Source: an uncultured Eubacteriales bacterium (GTDB lineage: Bacteria > Acidobacteriota > Aminicenantia > Aminicenantales > Aminicenantaceae). From it: a stretch of 64,000 nucleotides of DNA. Numbering within the stretch: the stretch's first letter is position 1; every line of letters begins with the position of its first letter. The notes under the pieces are model-generated. The model was given only the letters and a program-made list of their open reading frames with translations. It had not been told where the DNA came from and made no database searches. The position numbers were made by a program, and so were the translations under genes. The DNA is taken from assembly GCA_964429695.1 (NCBI GenBank), contig CAYSCS010000068.1:15352-79351 (forward strand). Direction: 5' to 3'. Positions 34,661-42,971 of this stretch are shown piece after piece.

Positions 34661-36460
34661 ATGAAAGGATGGAAAAAATCACTTATGATTTCAATAATAT
34701 TAATTTTAATTTCTTCCAGCCTCCATGGTTCAAGAAACATATCTCGCAGTCAAGCAGGAAGCGGAGCTCCAGCTGTTGCGGTGAACAAGGATGGAGTAGT
34801 GCTTGTAGTGTGGGTTGAAGATGTAAACAAGGATGAAAATGCTGGAACTCTCTTTTATAGCGTTTATAAAAATAATGAATGGACAGACCCGAGAAATCTC
34901 GGAATCACTCTCTACTTAGCATGGACGCCACAACTCGATGTTGATGCCCAAGGCAATTTTCATCTTGCTTATGCCGATGGTGCATCAAGACTCAATAGAG
35001 AAGTGTATCACTGCGTCTATAACCCTCAGTCAGGATGGGGGAAATCTTCGATGATCTGGCTCAGCCCTGAAAACTCAGCTTGGCATAAAATAGATGTCGA
35101 GGAAGATAGAGTTTATATTGTCTGGTTCCATGAACATGCAGGAATATATGAAGGGTCAGATATTGTCATGCAATCCAAAAGAATAGATGATTCTTCATGG
35201 CCAAGCCTTTATGAAAGGCTCTCTTATACTGCCCAAGCCTTAAGCATACATCCTGCTTTTAAAGTAAAAAATAACATAGTGCACGCTGTGTGGATGGAAG
35301 GTTCACCTCTTCATGCGCCCTGGAGACTCTTCTACAAGGAGGCAGAAAGAGGGTCTAACTGGATGACAGTTCCTCATGTAGAGATATCTTCCCTTGGGTA
35401 TTATCCTGAGCTCGAAATAGATGACAAGGGTAATATTCATGTTGTTTATTCCAACCGTACAGGAAACTTTTTTTATCGAAAAAAGGTTGCTCAAGGTGGA
35501 TGGAAACCCGTTGAGATAATATCAAATAGATATGCTCCACTCCAGTTTGGAGATATTAGATACAACAACAATGTGCTTGTTGCTGTTTGGGTTCAAACAG
35601 AGCTACAAGGAACATCTGTCTATTACTCAAAGAAAAGCGTTGATGGGAAATGGGATATTCCAACTCAAATCGAACAGGGACATGATGCCTTTCTTCCCAA
35701 GCTATGGCTTGATGACAATGGGTATGCCCATTTTGTATGGAAAGATAGAGGAGAGATTTTCTATGAAAAAATCTCTATCCCGATTCCTGACCCCTTCTTA
35801 AGAATCAACCCTGAATCTCTTTCTTTCACAGTTGAGGGAGAAAATCCGGAACCTGGTACCCTTTCAGTAAAAAACATAGGAGAGAAGCCATTAAGTTATA
35901 GAGTTCAGGTCGATCAAACCTGGTTGAATGTGGCGCCAGGATCTGGAAGATTGGAGAAAGACGAAGAAGATGTACTCCAGTGTACAGTGGATGCAATCGA
36001 ACTTGATGAGGGAACTTACACAGGACGTATAGAGGTCTCCAGTACCCAAGCTATAAATAGCCCACAATATGTGAATGTAACTTTAGAAGTCCTTGCTCCG
36101 CCCATATATCCGCCTTTAAATTTTAAAGGAGAATTATTAGAAAATAAGGCTTTATTCTTCCGTGAATACCTCCACCATCTTAGTTGGGAGCCCAATCCCC
36201 TAAACCGTGATATTGAGCATTATCGATTATATGAGATTGACGGTGTCAACCGAATATTACTTGAAGAGTTCTCTTCCTCGACGTTTGAATTCACACGCAG
36301 AAACATAGATCCTTCCAAAACATATACTTATGAACTTTGGGCGGTGGATAAAAAGGGGCGCATGAGTAACGAACCTGCTACACTCGAAATGAGCGGCTCC
36401 TTAAGCGTAACTTTAAGCAAAGAAAAATCTAGTTCATCTGGAAGTCAAAAAGGAAATTAA
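34661..36460 (+). CDS. secreted paralogue of 8895-11378: signal peptide, beta-propeller-like region, one BACON-like repeat, FN3-like domain
   Basis: Same blade motifs (APAVAVNKDGVVLVVWVE, GNFHLAYADG, DRVYIVWFHEH, GNIHVVYSNRTGNFFY, NNVLVAVWVQ). One BACON-like unit (TWLNVAPGSG...GTYTGRIEVSS...NSPQYVNVTLEV). ATG 34661 is preferred because GGAGG lies 8 nt upstream; the track start is 34646. Confidence 0.6.
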   Translation: MKGWKKSLMISIILILISSSLHGSRNISRSQAGSGAPAVAVNKDGVVLVVWVEDVNKDENAGTLFYSVYKNNEWTDPRNLGITLYLAWTPQLDVDAQGNFHLAYADGASRLNREVYHCVYNPQSGWGKSSMIWLSPENSAWHKIDVEEDRVYIVWFHEHAGIYEGSDIVMQSKRIDDSSWPSLYERLSYTAQALSIHPAFKVKNNIVHAVWMEGSPLHAPWRLFYKEAERGSNWMTVPHVEISSLGYYPELEIDDKGNIHVVYSNRTGNFFYRKKVAQGGWKPVEIISNRYAPLQFGDIRYNNNVLVAVWVQTELQGTSVYYSKKSVDGKWDIPTQIEQGHDAFLPKLWLDDNGYAHFVWKDRGEIFYEKISIPIPDPFLRINPESLSFTVEGENPEPGTLSVKNIGEKPLSYRVQVDQTWLNVAPGSGRLEKDEEDVLQCTVDAIELDEGTYTGRIEVSSTQAINSPQYVNVTLEVLAPPIYPPLNFKGELLENKALFFREYLHHLSWEPNPLNRDIEHYRLYEIDGVNRILLEEFSSSTFEFTRRNIDPSKTYTYELWAVDKKGRMSNEPATLEMSGSLSVTLSKEKSSSSGSQKGN

Positions 36461-36575
36461 CAGAGAAGGATAATTTTTTTTGACTAGCCTAGCCAAGAAA
36501 TGTTCGTTACCGATCTAAGTTATCTCGAGATTAAAATAATTTGAAGGATGATATTTTTATCTATTAACCTTGGAG

Positions 36576-37103
36576 ATGGGAGCTCTATCCTCAATAATAC
36601 TTATTCTTCTCTCCCTTCTCACTTACTCTGCAGGTAAAGTTGGAAGAGAGAGAAATAGCGACGAAGTCAAGACAAAAATCTTCGATTTGATCATACTTAT
36701 CCTCATCTGGTCTTTAGGAATATACGCAGGAACAAGGTTCGACTTAAAAAGATGGGTCTTACTTCTTATTTTTACCATCATCTCTTTTTTTCTGGGTCTA
36801 CTAACAACTTCATTCAGAAAAAAGGAAAAGACTCAAAGAAACGCTTCTCATATCCAAAAAAAAAATTCTCAAAACATCTCTTCCTCTCTCTGGAATTCAG
36901 GGAAGAGATTTTTTAAAAGAGTGGGTGTATTTCAGACAAGGATCATTCTCTCTTTTTTCTATTTCATCTTCGTCTCTCCCCTCGCTCTTGGCGTAAAACT
37001 CTTATCTGACCCTTTAAAAATTAAACAGCATAAGGAAATTTCTTTCTGGTCAAAGAGAAGAGAAAAAAGAAATGATTTCGATGAATTCAGGAGACAGTTC
37101 TAA
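36576..37103 (+). CDS. small membrane protein, SxtJ-like (companion of carbamoyltransferases)
   Basis: Three to four hydrophobic helices. The C-terminal half (FFKRVGVFQTRIILSFFYFIFVSPLALGVKLLSDPLKIK...SFWSKR) resembles my recollection of the SxtJ-family consensus. Abuts the carbamoyltransferase ATG. Confidence 0.45.
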   Translation: MGALSSIILILLSLLTYSAGKVGRERNSDEVKTKIFDLIILILIWSLGIYAGTRFDLKRWVLLLIFTIISFFLGLLTTSFRKKEKTQRNASHIQKKNSQNISSSLWNSGKRFFKRVGVFQTRIILSFFYFIFVSPLALGVKLLSDPLKIKQHKEISFWSKRREKRNDFDEFRRQF

Positions 37104-38878
37104 TGTATATCCTAGGCATCTCTTGCTATTATCATGACGCAGCAGCGGCTTTGATCAAAGATGGCAAGCTCGTAGCAGCAGCCGAGGAAGAGAGATTCAC
37201 GAGGATAAAACACGATTTTGATTTCCCGCAGAATGCCATCCAATTCTGCCTTGACCATGAAGGGATAACCGCAAAGGAGCTCGACTACGTCGTTTTCTAT
37301 GAAAAGCCCTTTCAGAAATTCGAAAGAATCTTGATGACAATATTTCAGAGTTTTCCAAGGTCATGGAGTACATTTAAGGAAGCCATGATTACCTGGCTTG
37401 CTGATAAGCTCTGGATAAAGAACACCCTAAGGGAGAGGATAGGCGTCGAAGAAAAGAAAATACTCTTCAGTGAGCATCATCTATCGCATGCTGCGAGCGC
37501 CTTTTATCCTTCTCCCTTCGAGGAAGCAGCTATACTTACCGTCGATGGAGTTGGGGAGTGGACCACCGCCACCATGGGAATCGGAAAAGGAAATGAAATC
37601 AAGCTTCTCAAGGAAATAAAATTCCCGCATTCACTCGGTCTCCTATACAGCGCCTTTACGGCTTTCCTTGGTTTCAAGGTAAATGAAGGAGAATACAAAG
37701 TGATGGGGATGGCACCTTATGGAATTCCCCGCTATGTGGATAAGATTTATGACCATCTCATAAAGGTTTCTGAGGATGGTTCATTCTGGCTCAACATGGA
37801 TTATTTCTCCTATCATTATTCTGATGAAAAGACATTCAACTCTAAGTTTGAATCAATTTTTGGAAAACCTAGAAATCCAGAGATGAATTTTTTCACCTCA
37901 AAGACAAGATTCCCTTCTTATTTTGGAAAAAAGCCTCATGATTTTGAGGAACTCTGTCGCAAGAATGAACACTATGCTGATATTGCTGCCAGTATTCAGC
38001 TAGTGACAGAAGAAGTTTTATTGAAACTCGCAAATCATCTCTACCGAGAAACAGGCTTAAAAAATCTCTGTATCGCCGGCGGGGTTGGGCTGAATTCAAA
38101 AGCAAACGGAAGAATTCTCATTGAGACCCCCTTTGAGAATCTCTTCGTCCAGCCTTCAGCCGGAGATGGAGGAGGTGCGCCAGGGGCTGCGTGGTATGCC
38201 TACCATGGACTTCTTGGAAAGCCGCGAAATTTCATTCTGGAACATGCCTATTGGGGAAAAGCGTATTCAGAAGAGGAAATACTAATTTTTCTCAAAAAAA
38301 ATAACATATCTCATGAATATTTCTCTGATGAAGAAAAACTTCTGGAGAGGATAGTTGAATATCTTCTCCAGGGAAAGGTCGTCGGCTGGTTTCAAGGAAG
38401 GTTTGAATGGGGGCCAAGAGCCCTGGGCAATAGGAGTCTCCTCGCAGACCCAAGAAGTGAAGAGATGAAGGATCTCGTGAATCTGAAGATAAAATTCAGA
38501 GAACCTTTCAGGCCTTTTGCCCCTGTAATACTGGAAGAAAAAGCAAAAGATTTTTTTCATGGAGATGGAGTCGAAAAACAATTCCCAGCTAGATACATGC
38601 TCCTTATCCTCCCCCTCAAAGAAGAAAAGGCCCATCTTATAAACGCGGTAAATCACATGGGTACGGGAAGGCTACAGACAATTAGAGAAGAATGGAACCC
38701 CCGTTATTATAGAGTGGTAAAAAAATTTGAAGAAGCAACGGGTCTGCCCGTTCTTCTCAACACTTCTTTTAACCTTAAAGGTGAACCAATAGTGAATTCA
38801 CCCTCAAACGCATTCGAAACCTTCGCCAAGAGCGGAATAGATGCTTTAGTCTTGGAAAATTTTCTCGTCACAAAATAG
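37103..38878 (+). CDS. carbamoyltransferase (NodU/CmcH family)
   Basis: N-terminus MYILGISCYYHDAAAALIKDGKLVAAAEEERFTRIKHD, and C-terminal NTSFNLKGEPIV. Confidence 0.9.
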   Translation: MYILGISCYYHDAAAALIKDGKLVAAAEEERFTRIKHDFDFPQNAIQFCLDHEGITAKELDYVVFYEKPFQKFERILMTIFQSFPRSWSTFKEAMITWLADKLWIKNTLRERIGVEEKKILFSEHHLSHAASAFYPSPFEEAAILTVDGVGEWTTATMGIGKGNEIKLLKEIKFPHSLGLLYSAFTAFLGFKVNEGEYKVMGMAPYGIPRYVDKIYDHLIKVSEDGSFWLNMDYFSYHYSDEKTFNSKFESIFGKPRNPEMNFFTSKTRFPSYFGKKPHDFEELCRKNEHYADIAASIQLVTEEVLLKLANHLYRETGLKNLCIAGGVGLNSKANGRILIETPFENLFVQPSAGDGGGAPGAAWYAYHGLLGKPRNFILEHAYWGKAYSEEEILIFLKKNNISHEYFSDEEKLLERIVEYLLQGKVVGWFQGRFEWGPRALGNRSLLADPRSEEMKDLVNLKIKFREPFRPFAPVILEEKAKDFFHGDGVEKQFPARYMLLILPLKEEKAHLINAVNHMGTGRLQTIREEWNPRYYRVVKKFEEATGLPVLLNTSFNLKGEPIVNSPSNAFETFAKSGIDALVLENFLVTK

Positions 38879-38896
38879 AATAAAAAAGAGGAAATT

Positions 38897-39076
38897 ATGA
38901 AAACAAGAAAGAGTATAAAATTTAAGCTGGAAATATTCAGAGAGTTGTTAGTCTTTCTCTGGCAGAAGAAACTCTGGTGGCTGATCCCGATGATAATCGT
39001 CTTGATTCTTTTTGGGTTGCTCTTAATCTATACTCAGAGTTCTGTGGTTGCTCCCTTCATCTATACTCTCTTTTAG
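38897..39076 (+). CDS. 59-aa membrane peptide, DUF5989/SxtK-like (not in the ORF track because it is under 60 aa)
   Basis: ATG 38897 with SD AAGAGGAAA upstream. Sequence MKTRKSIKFKLEIFRELLVFLWQKKLWWLIPMIIVLILFGLLLIYTQSSVVAPFIYTLF*. Basic N-terminus plus one TM, in the conserved position after a carbamoyltransferase. Confidence 0.55.
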   Translation: MKTRKSIKFKLEIFRELLVFLWQKKLWWLIPMIIVLILFGLLLIYTQSSVVAPFIYTLF

Positions 39077-39098
39077 GGAGTGGAAAGAAGAATAAGAA

Positions 39099-39227
39099 AT
39101 GAAGAAGTGGTTATTAAGAATTTTTCTTTTGCTCTTCGGCTTCCTTTTGGCTTTCCTTATTTTAGAACTTGGAACCAGGTTTTTCTGGACGAAGTTAAGC
39201 GAACTCGACCATTCTTCATATAGATAG
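39099..39227 (+). pseudogene. 43-codon ORF resembling only the signal-anchor start of a larger exported enzyme (possible truncated remnant)
   Basis: MKKWLLRIFLLLFGFLLAFLILELGTRFFWTKLSELDHSSYR*. It stops 2 nt before the convergent cupin gene end. Confidence 0.3.
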
Positions 39228-39229
39228 CT

Positions 39230-39616
39230 TCATTCCCTACCGTAATCGTCCTTGAGCCTTACAATGTCAGCTTCATCTGAATCCCCAATCCAGATCTCCA
39301 TCACCCTTGCCTCCTTGCTCCCTATGCAGCGGAGTCTGTGAGCAGATTTTCTGGGAATGAAAATTTCTTCGTTTACCCTTGCTCTCCAGGTTCTCTCCCC
39401 CAGGGTAATTTCCAAACCCTCATCAAGCACAACCCAGAACTCACTTCGGCGTTGGTGATATTGAAGAGAAAGAGCCTCACCTGGCTTTACAGAAATGATT
39501 TTTATCGACCTTGCCTTTTGATGAGGATATGAGCGGAATTTTCCCCACGGCCTTCTATCCTCGATTATCCCCTCTCTAAAGCTTCTTTCCTCTTCCTCAG
39601 TTCCTCTTTCTACCAT
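39230..39616 (-). CDS. cupin-domain protein, mannose-6-phosphate isomerase type II C-terminal-domain-like
   Basis: WGKFRSY...IKIISVKPGEALSLQYHQRRSEFWVVLDG-like core and EIFIPRKSAHRL, typical of PMI/ManC cupin modules. Confidence 0.7.
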   Translation of the reverse strand: MVERGTEEEERSFREGIIEDRRPWGKFRSYPHQKARSIKIISVKPGEALSLQYHQRRSEFWVVLDEGLEITLGERTWRARVNEEIFIPRKSAHRLRCIGSKEARVMEIWIGDSDEADIVRLKDDYGRE

Positions 39617-39723
39617 ATAAATGATGCTCAGCTTATTTTTTGTTATTTATCTATTGCTGAATTTTGCTTTAATTATGTGGGTCTTTCTCTCTTATTTACT
39701 ATTTCCCTTTTATCTCTTACTCC

Positions 39724-40179
39724 TCAGAAAGGAATCTCCTCATCTTCTTCATCAGGGTGCGAGAGGTCAGCCTGTTCATCCGGAAAATCAGGCGGACTAG
39801 GTTCCACATAGGCTTCTTCAGGCTCAGCCTCTTCTTTTTTGCCGAGGAGGATTATGTTTTGGGCCTCAATTTCGGTAGTGAGCCTCTTCTGTCCGCTTTT
39901 ATCCTGCCAGCTTCGGGAACGAAGCTTTCCCTCTAGGTAAATTTGCTTCCCCTGGTTCAGGTATTTTTCGCAGAATTCAGCAAGTTTCCCCCAGACAACA
40001 ATCCGGTGCCATTCGACGCGAACATCACTCTCATTGGTGCTGGGATTAAAGAAACGCTCGTTAGTGGCAAGAGTAAACCTTGCCACTGCCCTCTCTGTCT
40101 GAGGAATGTAGCGCAACTCAGGCTTTTGTCCCAGTCGGCCGATCAAGATTACCTTGTTAAGACTGTTTATGTCCCTCAT
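39724..40179 (-). CDS. ssb: single-stranded DNA-binding protein
   Basis: OB-fold N-terminus LNKVILIGRLGQKPELRY and acidic C-terminal tip DEEDEEIPF. Confidence 0.9.
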   Translation of the reverse strand: MRDINSLNKVILIGRLGQKPELRYIPQTERAVARFTLATNERFFNPSTNESDVRVEWHRIVVWGKLAEFCEKYLNQGKQIYLEGKLRSRSWQDKSGQKRLTTEIEAQNIILLGKKEEAEPEEAYVEPSPPDFPDEQADLSHPDEEDEEIPF

Positions 40180-41020
40180 CCTTGGATTGAAGCTCCTTTA
40201 TTTTCTGTTGGGCAATCTTTGTCTCCTCCTCCAGAGGATACTTACTGATTAAAAGCTTGAAAACCGCAATGGCCTCTTCTTTCCTTCCCAGTTCTGAAAG
40301 GCTTATCCCTTTTTTCAAATATGCAACAGGAATCTTATCTCCATGGGAGTAATTGAGGATTAACTCATTGAACTCATCGATGGCTTTTTCAAATTTCCCC
40401 TGGCTAAAATAACATTCTCCAATCCAGTAGGCTGCGTTATCTGCAAGCGGGCTATCCGGAAATTGTTCTACATAAAGCTGGAATCCTTCCCTCGCCAGGT
40501 CATAGTTACCGTTCAGATAATCTGAATATGCCATGTTGTAGATCTCTTGAGGTGAGAGAGTTGGGGGAGGCATGGGCCTAGGCTTTTCCTCTGCTTGTGG
40601 CTTTTCTCTCTCTTTTTGGGGTGAAGATGCCTTTCCCTCGGCCAGTTCACTCTCGGGGAAAGAAACACTCTTTAGCGCCGAAAGTTCAGCCGAGAATTTC
40701 ATAAATTGCGTATTCAGCATCTCAATCTTCTCAAGGAGAACCTGATAGAGAGCAGGAATCTTCTTCTGGTCTTCATTGAAACGAGCCTGCTCTTCCTGAA
40801 ATTTCCTTAAGGTTGAGAATAAATCGTTGAGCTCGCTCTTCATCACCTTCAAATCCTCAGAATTCTTCTCTATTTTCTCTTCGAGAAGAAGGATTTTCTG
40901 TTTAAGTACTTGCACGTCTTGATAGATGAGTTCGTAGGCCTTCTTGCTTTTGTCCACACCATTTAAGAGAGAAGAAAGGAGAAAAAGTAAAATTATTCCA
41001 GAGGAAATTTTATTTGCCAT
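40157..41020 (-). CDS. cpoB: Tol-Pal system protein CpoB/YbgF
   Basis: Signal peptide, coiled-coil N-terminal half, and C-terminal TPR block (YNMAYSDYLNGNYDLAREGFQLYVEQFPDSPLADNAAYWIGECYF). Confidence 0.85.
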   Translation of the reverse strand: MANKISSGIILLFLLSSLLNGVDKSKKAYELIYQDVQVLKQKILLLEEKIEKNSEDLKVMKSELNDLFSTLRKFQEEQARFNEDQKKIPALYQVLLEKIEMLNTQFMKFSAELSALKSVSFPESELAEGKASSPQKEREKPQAEEKPRPMPPPTLSPQEIYNMAYSDYLNGNYDLAREGFQLYVEQFPDSPLADNAAYWIGECYFSQGKFEKAIDEFNELILNYSHGDKIPVAYLKKGISLSELGRKEEAIAVFKLLISKYPLEEETKIAQQKIKELQSKDEGHKQS

Positions 41021-41023
41021 CTT

Positions 41024-41575
41024 CTATTTTTCGATGATCAGGAATTGGGCCCTCCTGTTTTTCTGCCAGGCATCCTCGTTATGCCCAGGATCAAGGGGCT
41101 GACTTTTTCCATAGGAAATCGTCTTCATCCTTTCGGGTGAGATTCCAAGGGAAACAAGATAGTCAAAGGTGCTCTTTGCCCTTCTTTCACCCAATGCAAG
41201 GTTATATTCTTCTGTTCCTCTCTCATCGCAGTGCCCCTCGATGAGGATTTTTACAGTTTTGAATTTCTTCAGCCATGCTGCGTTTGCCTCAAGAACAGGC
41301 TTTGCATCTCCACGAATGAAGTACTTGTCAAAGTCAAAATGAATCATCTTCAGCGGCATTTCCCTGTTCAGCTCATCGAGAGACTTGGCCATGAAGATTT
41401 CTTCTTCGCTGAGCTCCGGTCCTTTAACCACAGCCGGTTCTTCAACCTTCTCTACCTTTGGCTGTTCGGCAACTTTTGGTGGGGGTGGGGGAACTTCTGC
41501 TACTTTCTTACGACAGGAAAGGAAGAACGAAAAAATAAAAATGAAGGTAAGACTCATAATCACAATTTTCTTCAT
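41024..41575 (-). CDS. pal: peptidoglycan-associated lipoprotein Pal
   Basis: Lipobox FFLSC and OmpA-like domain (IEGHCDERGTEEYNLALGERRA). Confidence 0.9.
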   Translation of the reverse strand: MKKIVIMSLTFIFIFSFFLSCRKKVAEVPPPPPKVAEQPKVEKVEEPAVVKGPELSEEEIFMAKSLDELNREMPLKMIHFDFDKYFIRGDAKPVLEANAAWLKKFKTVKILIEGHCDERGTEEYNLALGERRAKSTFDYLVSLGISPERMKTISYGKSQPLDPGHNEDAWQKNRRAQFLIIEK

Positions 41576-41681
41576 TCGTCCTCCAAAATAAATGGGTTTA
41601 ATTTTTTCGTCCTCTTTATACCGTTTAATTCTCCTTCTGTCAATAGATATACTTAAATAATTCGCTTGAAAATCCGATTTC

Positions 41682-42971
41682 TTACTCTCGAGACCAATCA
41701 GGAAGCTTATTATCCCCTTTGGATGTCAGACGGCGCAAGTTTGCCCCGTCATAATCTATGCTATAAAGCTGAATCGTCCCGTCCAGGTTCGAAGAGAAAA
41801 CGAGATGGCGCCCATCAGGCGACCAGGAAGGAGATTCGTTACGAGCATTGCTTTCCGTGAGTTTGATGATTTGATTCGTCCTCAAATTCAGGACATAAAG
41901 GTCGAAGATTTGGTCAACCCTCGAAACATAAGCAATCCTATCTCCCGTAGGGGACCAGGCTGGGGCATCATGATAGGTTCCTCCAAAGCTCACCCTTCTT
42001 ACATTTGAGCCTTCGGCATCCATGATATATATCTGAGGCGTGCCGCTTCTATCTGAAGTAAAAGCTATCTCACGACTTGATGGAGACCAGGAAGGAGCAG
42101 TGTCAATGGAATCATTGAATGTCAGACGTTTGACATTCTTGCCGTCGCTAAAGGCAACGTAGATCTCAGGGTTTCCATCCTGGGTAGAACAGAAAGCAAT
42201 CTTCTTCCCATCTGGTGAAAAATCGGGAGAAAACGATGTTCCTCGCACTGGCAGTTCTTGGAGCTTTCCTTCATAAATATCAAGGATACAGAGAGAAGTG
42301 CTTTGGCCTCGGTAAGAAGTGTAAGCTATCTTTTTCCCATCAGCCGACCAGGCAGGCATATAGTCTCTTACCTTGTTGAAGGTAATCCTAGTTTGATTAA
42401 AGCCATCGTAATCCATCATATAAAGCTCATCATTTCCATCCCTATTAGAAACAAAGACGATTTTGGTGGTAAAAATTCTCTTTTCTCCAAAAACCCTCAT
42501 AATTTCATCCGCAAGTCTGTGGGCTGCAAGGCGGAGCGTTTCTTTCTGGGCCTGGTAGCGCTTGCCAAAAATGAACTTCTCACTCTTTACGTCATAAAGC
42601 TTGGCTTCAAAAAGGAAGCCCCCCTTCTCTCCTTCCGAGACCTTCCCCACGAGAAGAATCTTGGCCTGGATTGATTCCCAGTCCTTGAAGAAAATTTTTT
42701 CCACATCAAGAGGTCTTATGTAGCTGTAATAGCTTTCGGGAAGAGGAGCAAAGACCCGGCTATACTTGATGTCACTGATTAGTACCTCATAGAGTTCTTG
42801 TGAGGCTTCGACAAGGACCGAAGATTCTCCTTCCACCACAAATTTGGGTAAAGCAAAAGGAATAACAGGCATTCCTTCTTTTATACTTAAAACTACTTCC
42901 TGTTGGAGAGAGAGCATGAGTGATGAAGTAATTATCAATATTCCATAAATTAAGATAAATTTATTTTTCAT
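41682..42971 (-). CDS. tolB: Tol-Pal system beta-propeller protein TolB
   Basis: TolB N-terminal domain followed by PD40 repeats (PAWSADGKKIAYTS, PDFSPDGKKIAFCS, PSWSPSSREIAFTS, PAWSPTGDRIAYVS, PSWSPDGRHLVFSS). Confidence 0.9.
   Translation of the reverse strand: MKNKFILIYGILIITSSLMLSLQQEVVLSIKEGMPVIPFALPKFVVEGESSVLVEASQELYEVLISDIKYSRVFAPLPESYYSYIRPLDVEKIFFKDWESIQAKILLVGKVSEGEKGGFLFEAKLYDVKSEKFIFGKRYQAQKETLRLAAHRLADEIMRVFGEKRIFTTKIVFVSNRDGNDELYMMDYDGFNQTRITFNKVRDYMPAWSADGKKIAYTSYRGQSTSLCILDIYEGKLQELPVRGTSFSPDFSPDGKKIAFCSTQDGNPEIYVAFSDGKNVKRLTFNDSIDTAPSWSPSSREIAFTSDRSGTPQIYIMDAEGSNVRRVSFGGTYHDAPAWSPTGDRIAYVSRVDQIFDLYVLNLRTNQIIKLTESNARNESPSWSPDGRHLVFSSNLDGTIQLYSIDYDGANLRRLTSKGDNKLPDWSRE

Noticed and set aside
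8895-36460. A diversity-generating retroelement or phase-variation mechanism acting on the two propeller-BACON paralogues.
   Set aside because: The window has no reverse transcriptase, no template/variable repeat pair at the DNA level, no invertible-segment inverted repeats and no recombinase. The paralogues differ throughout rather than in one hypervariable patch.
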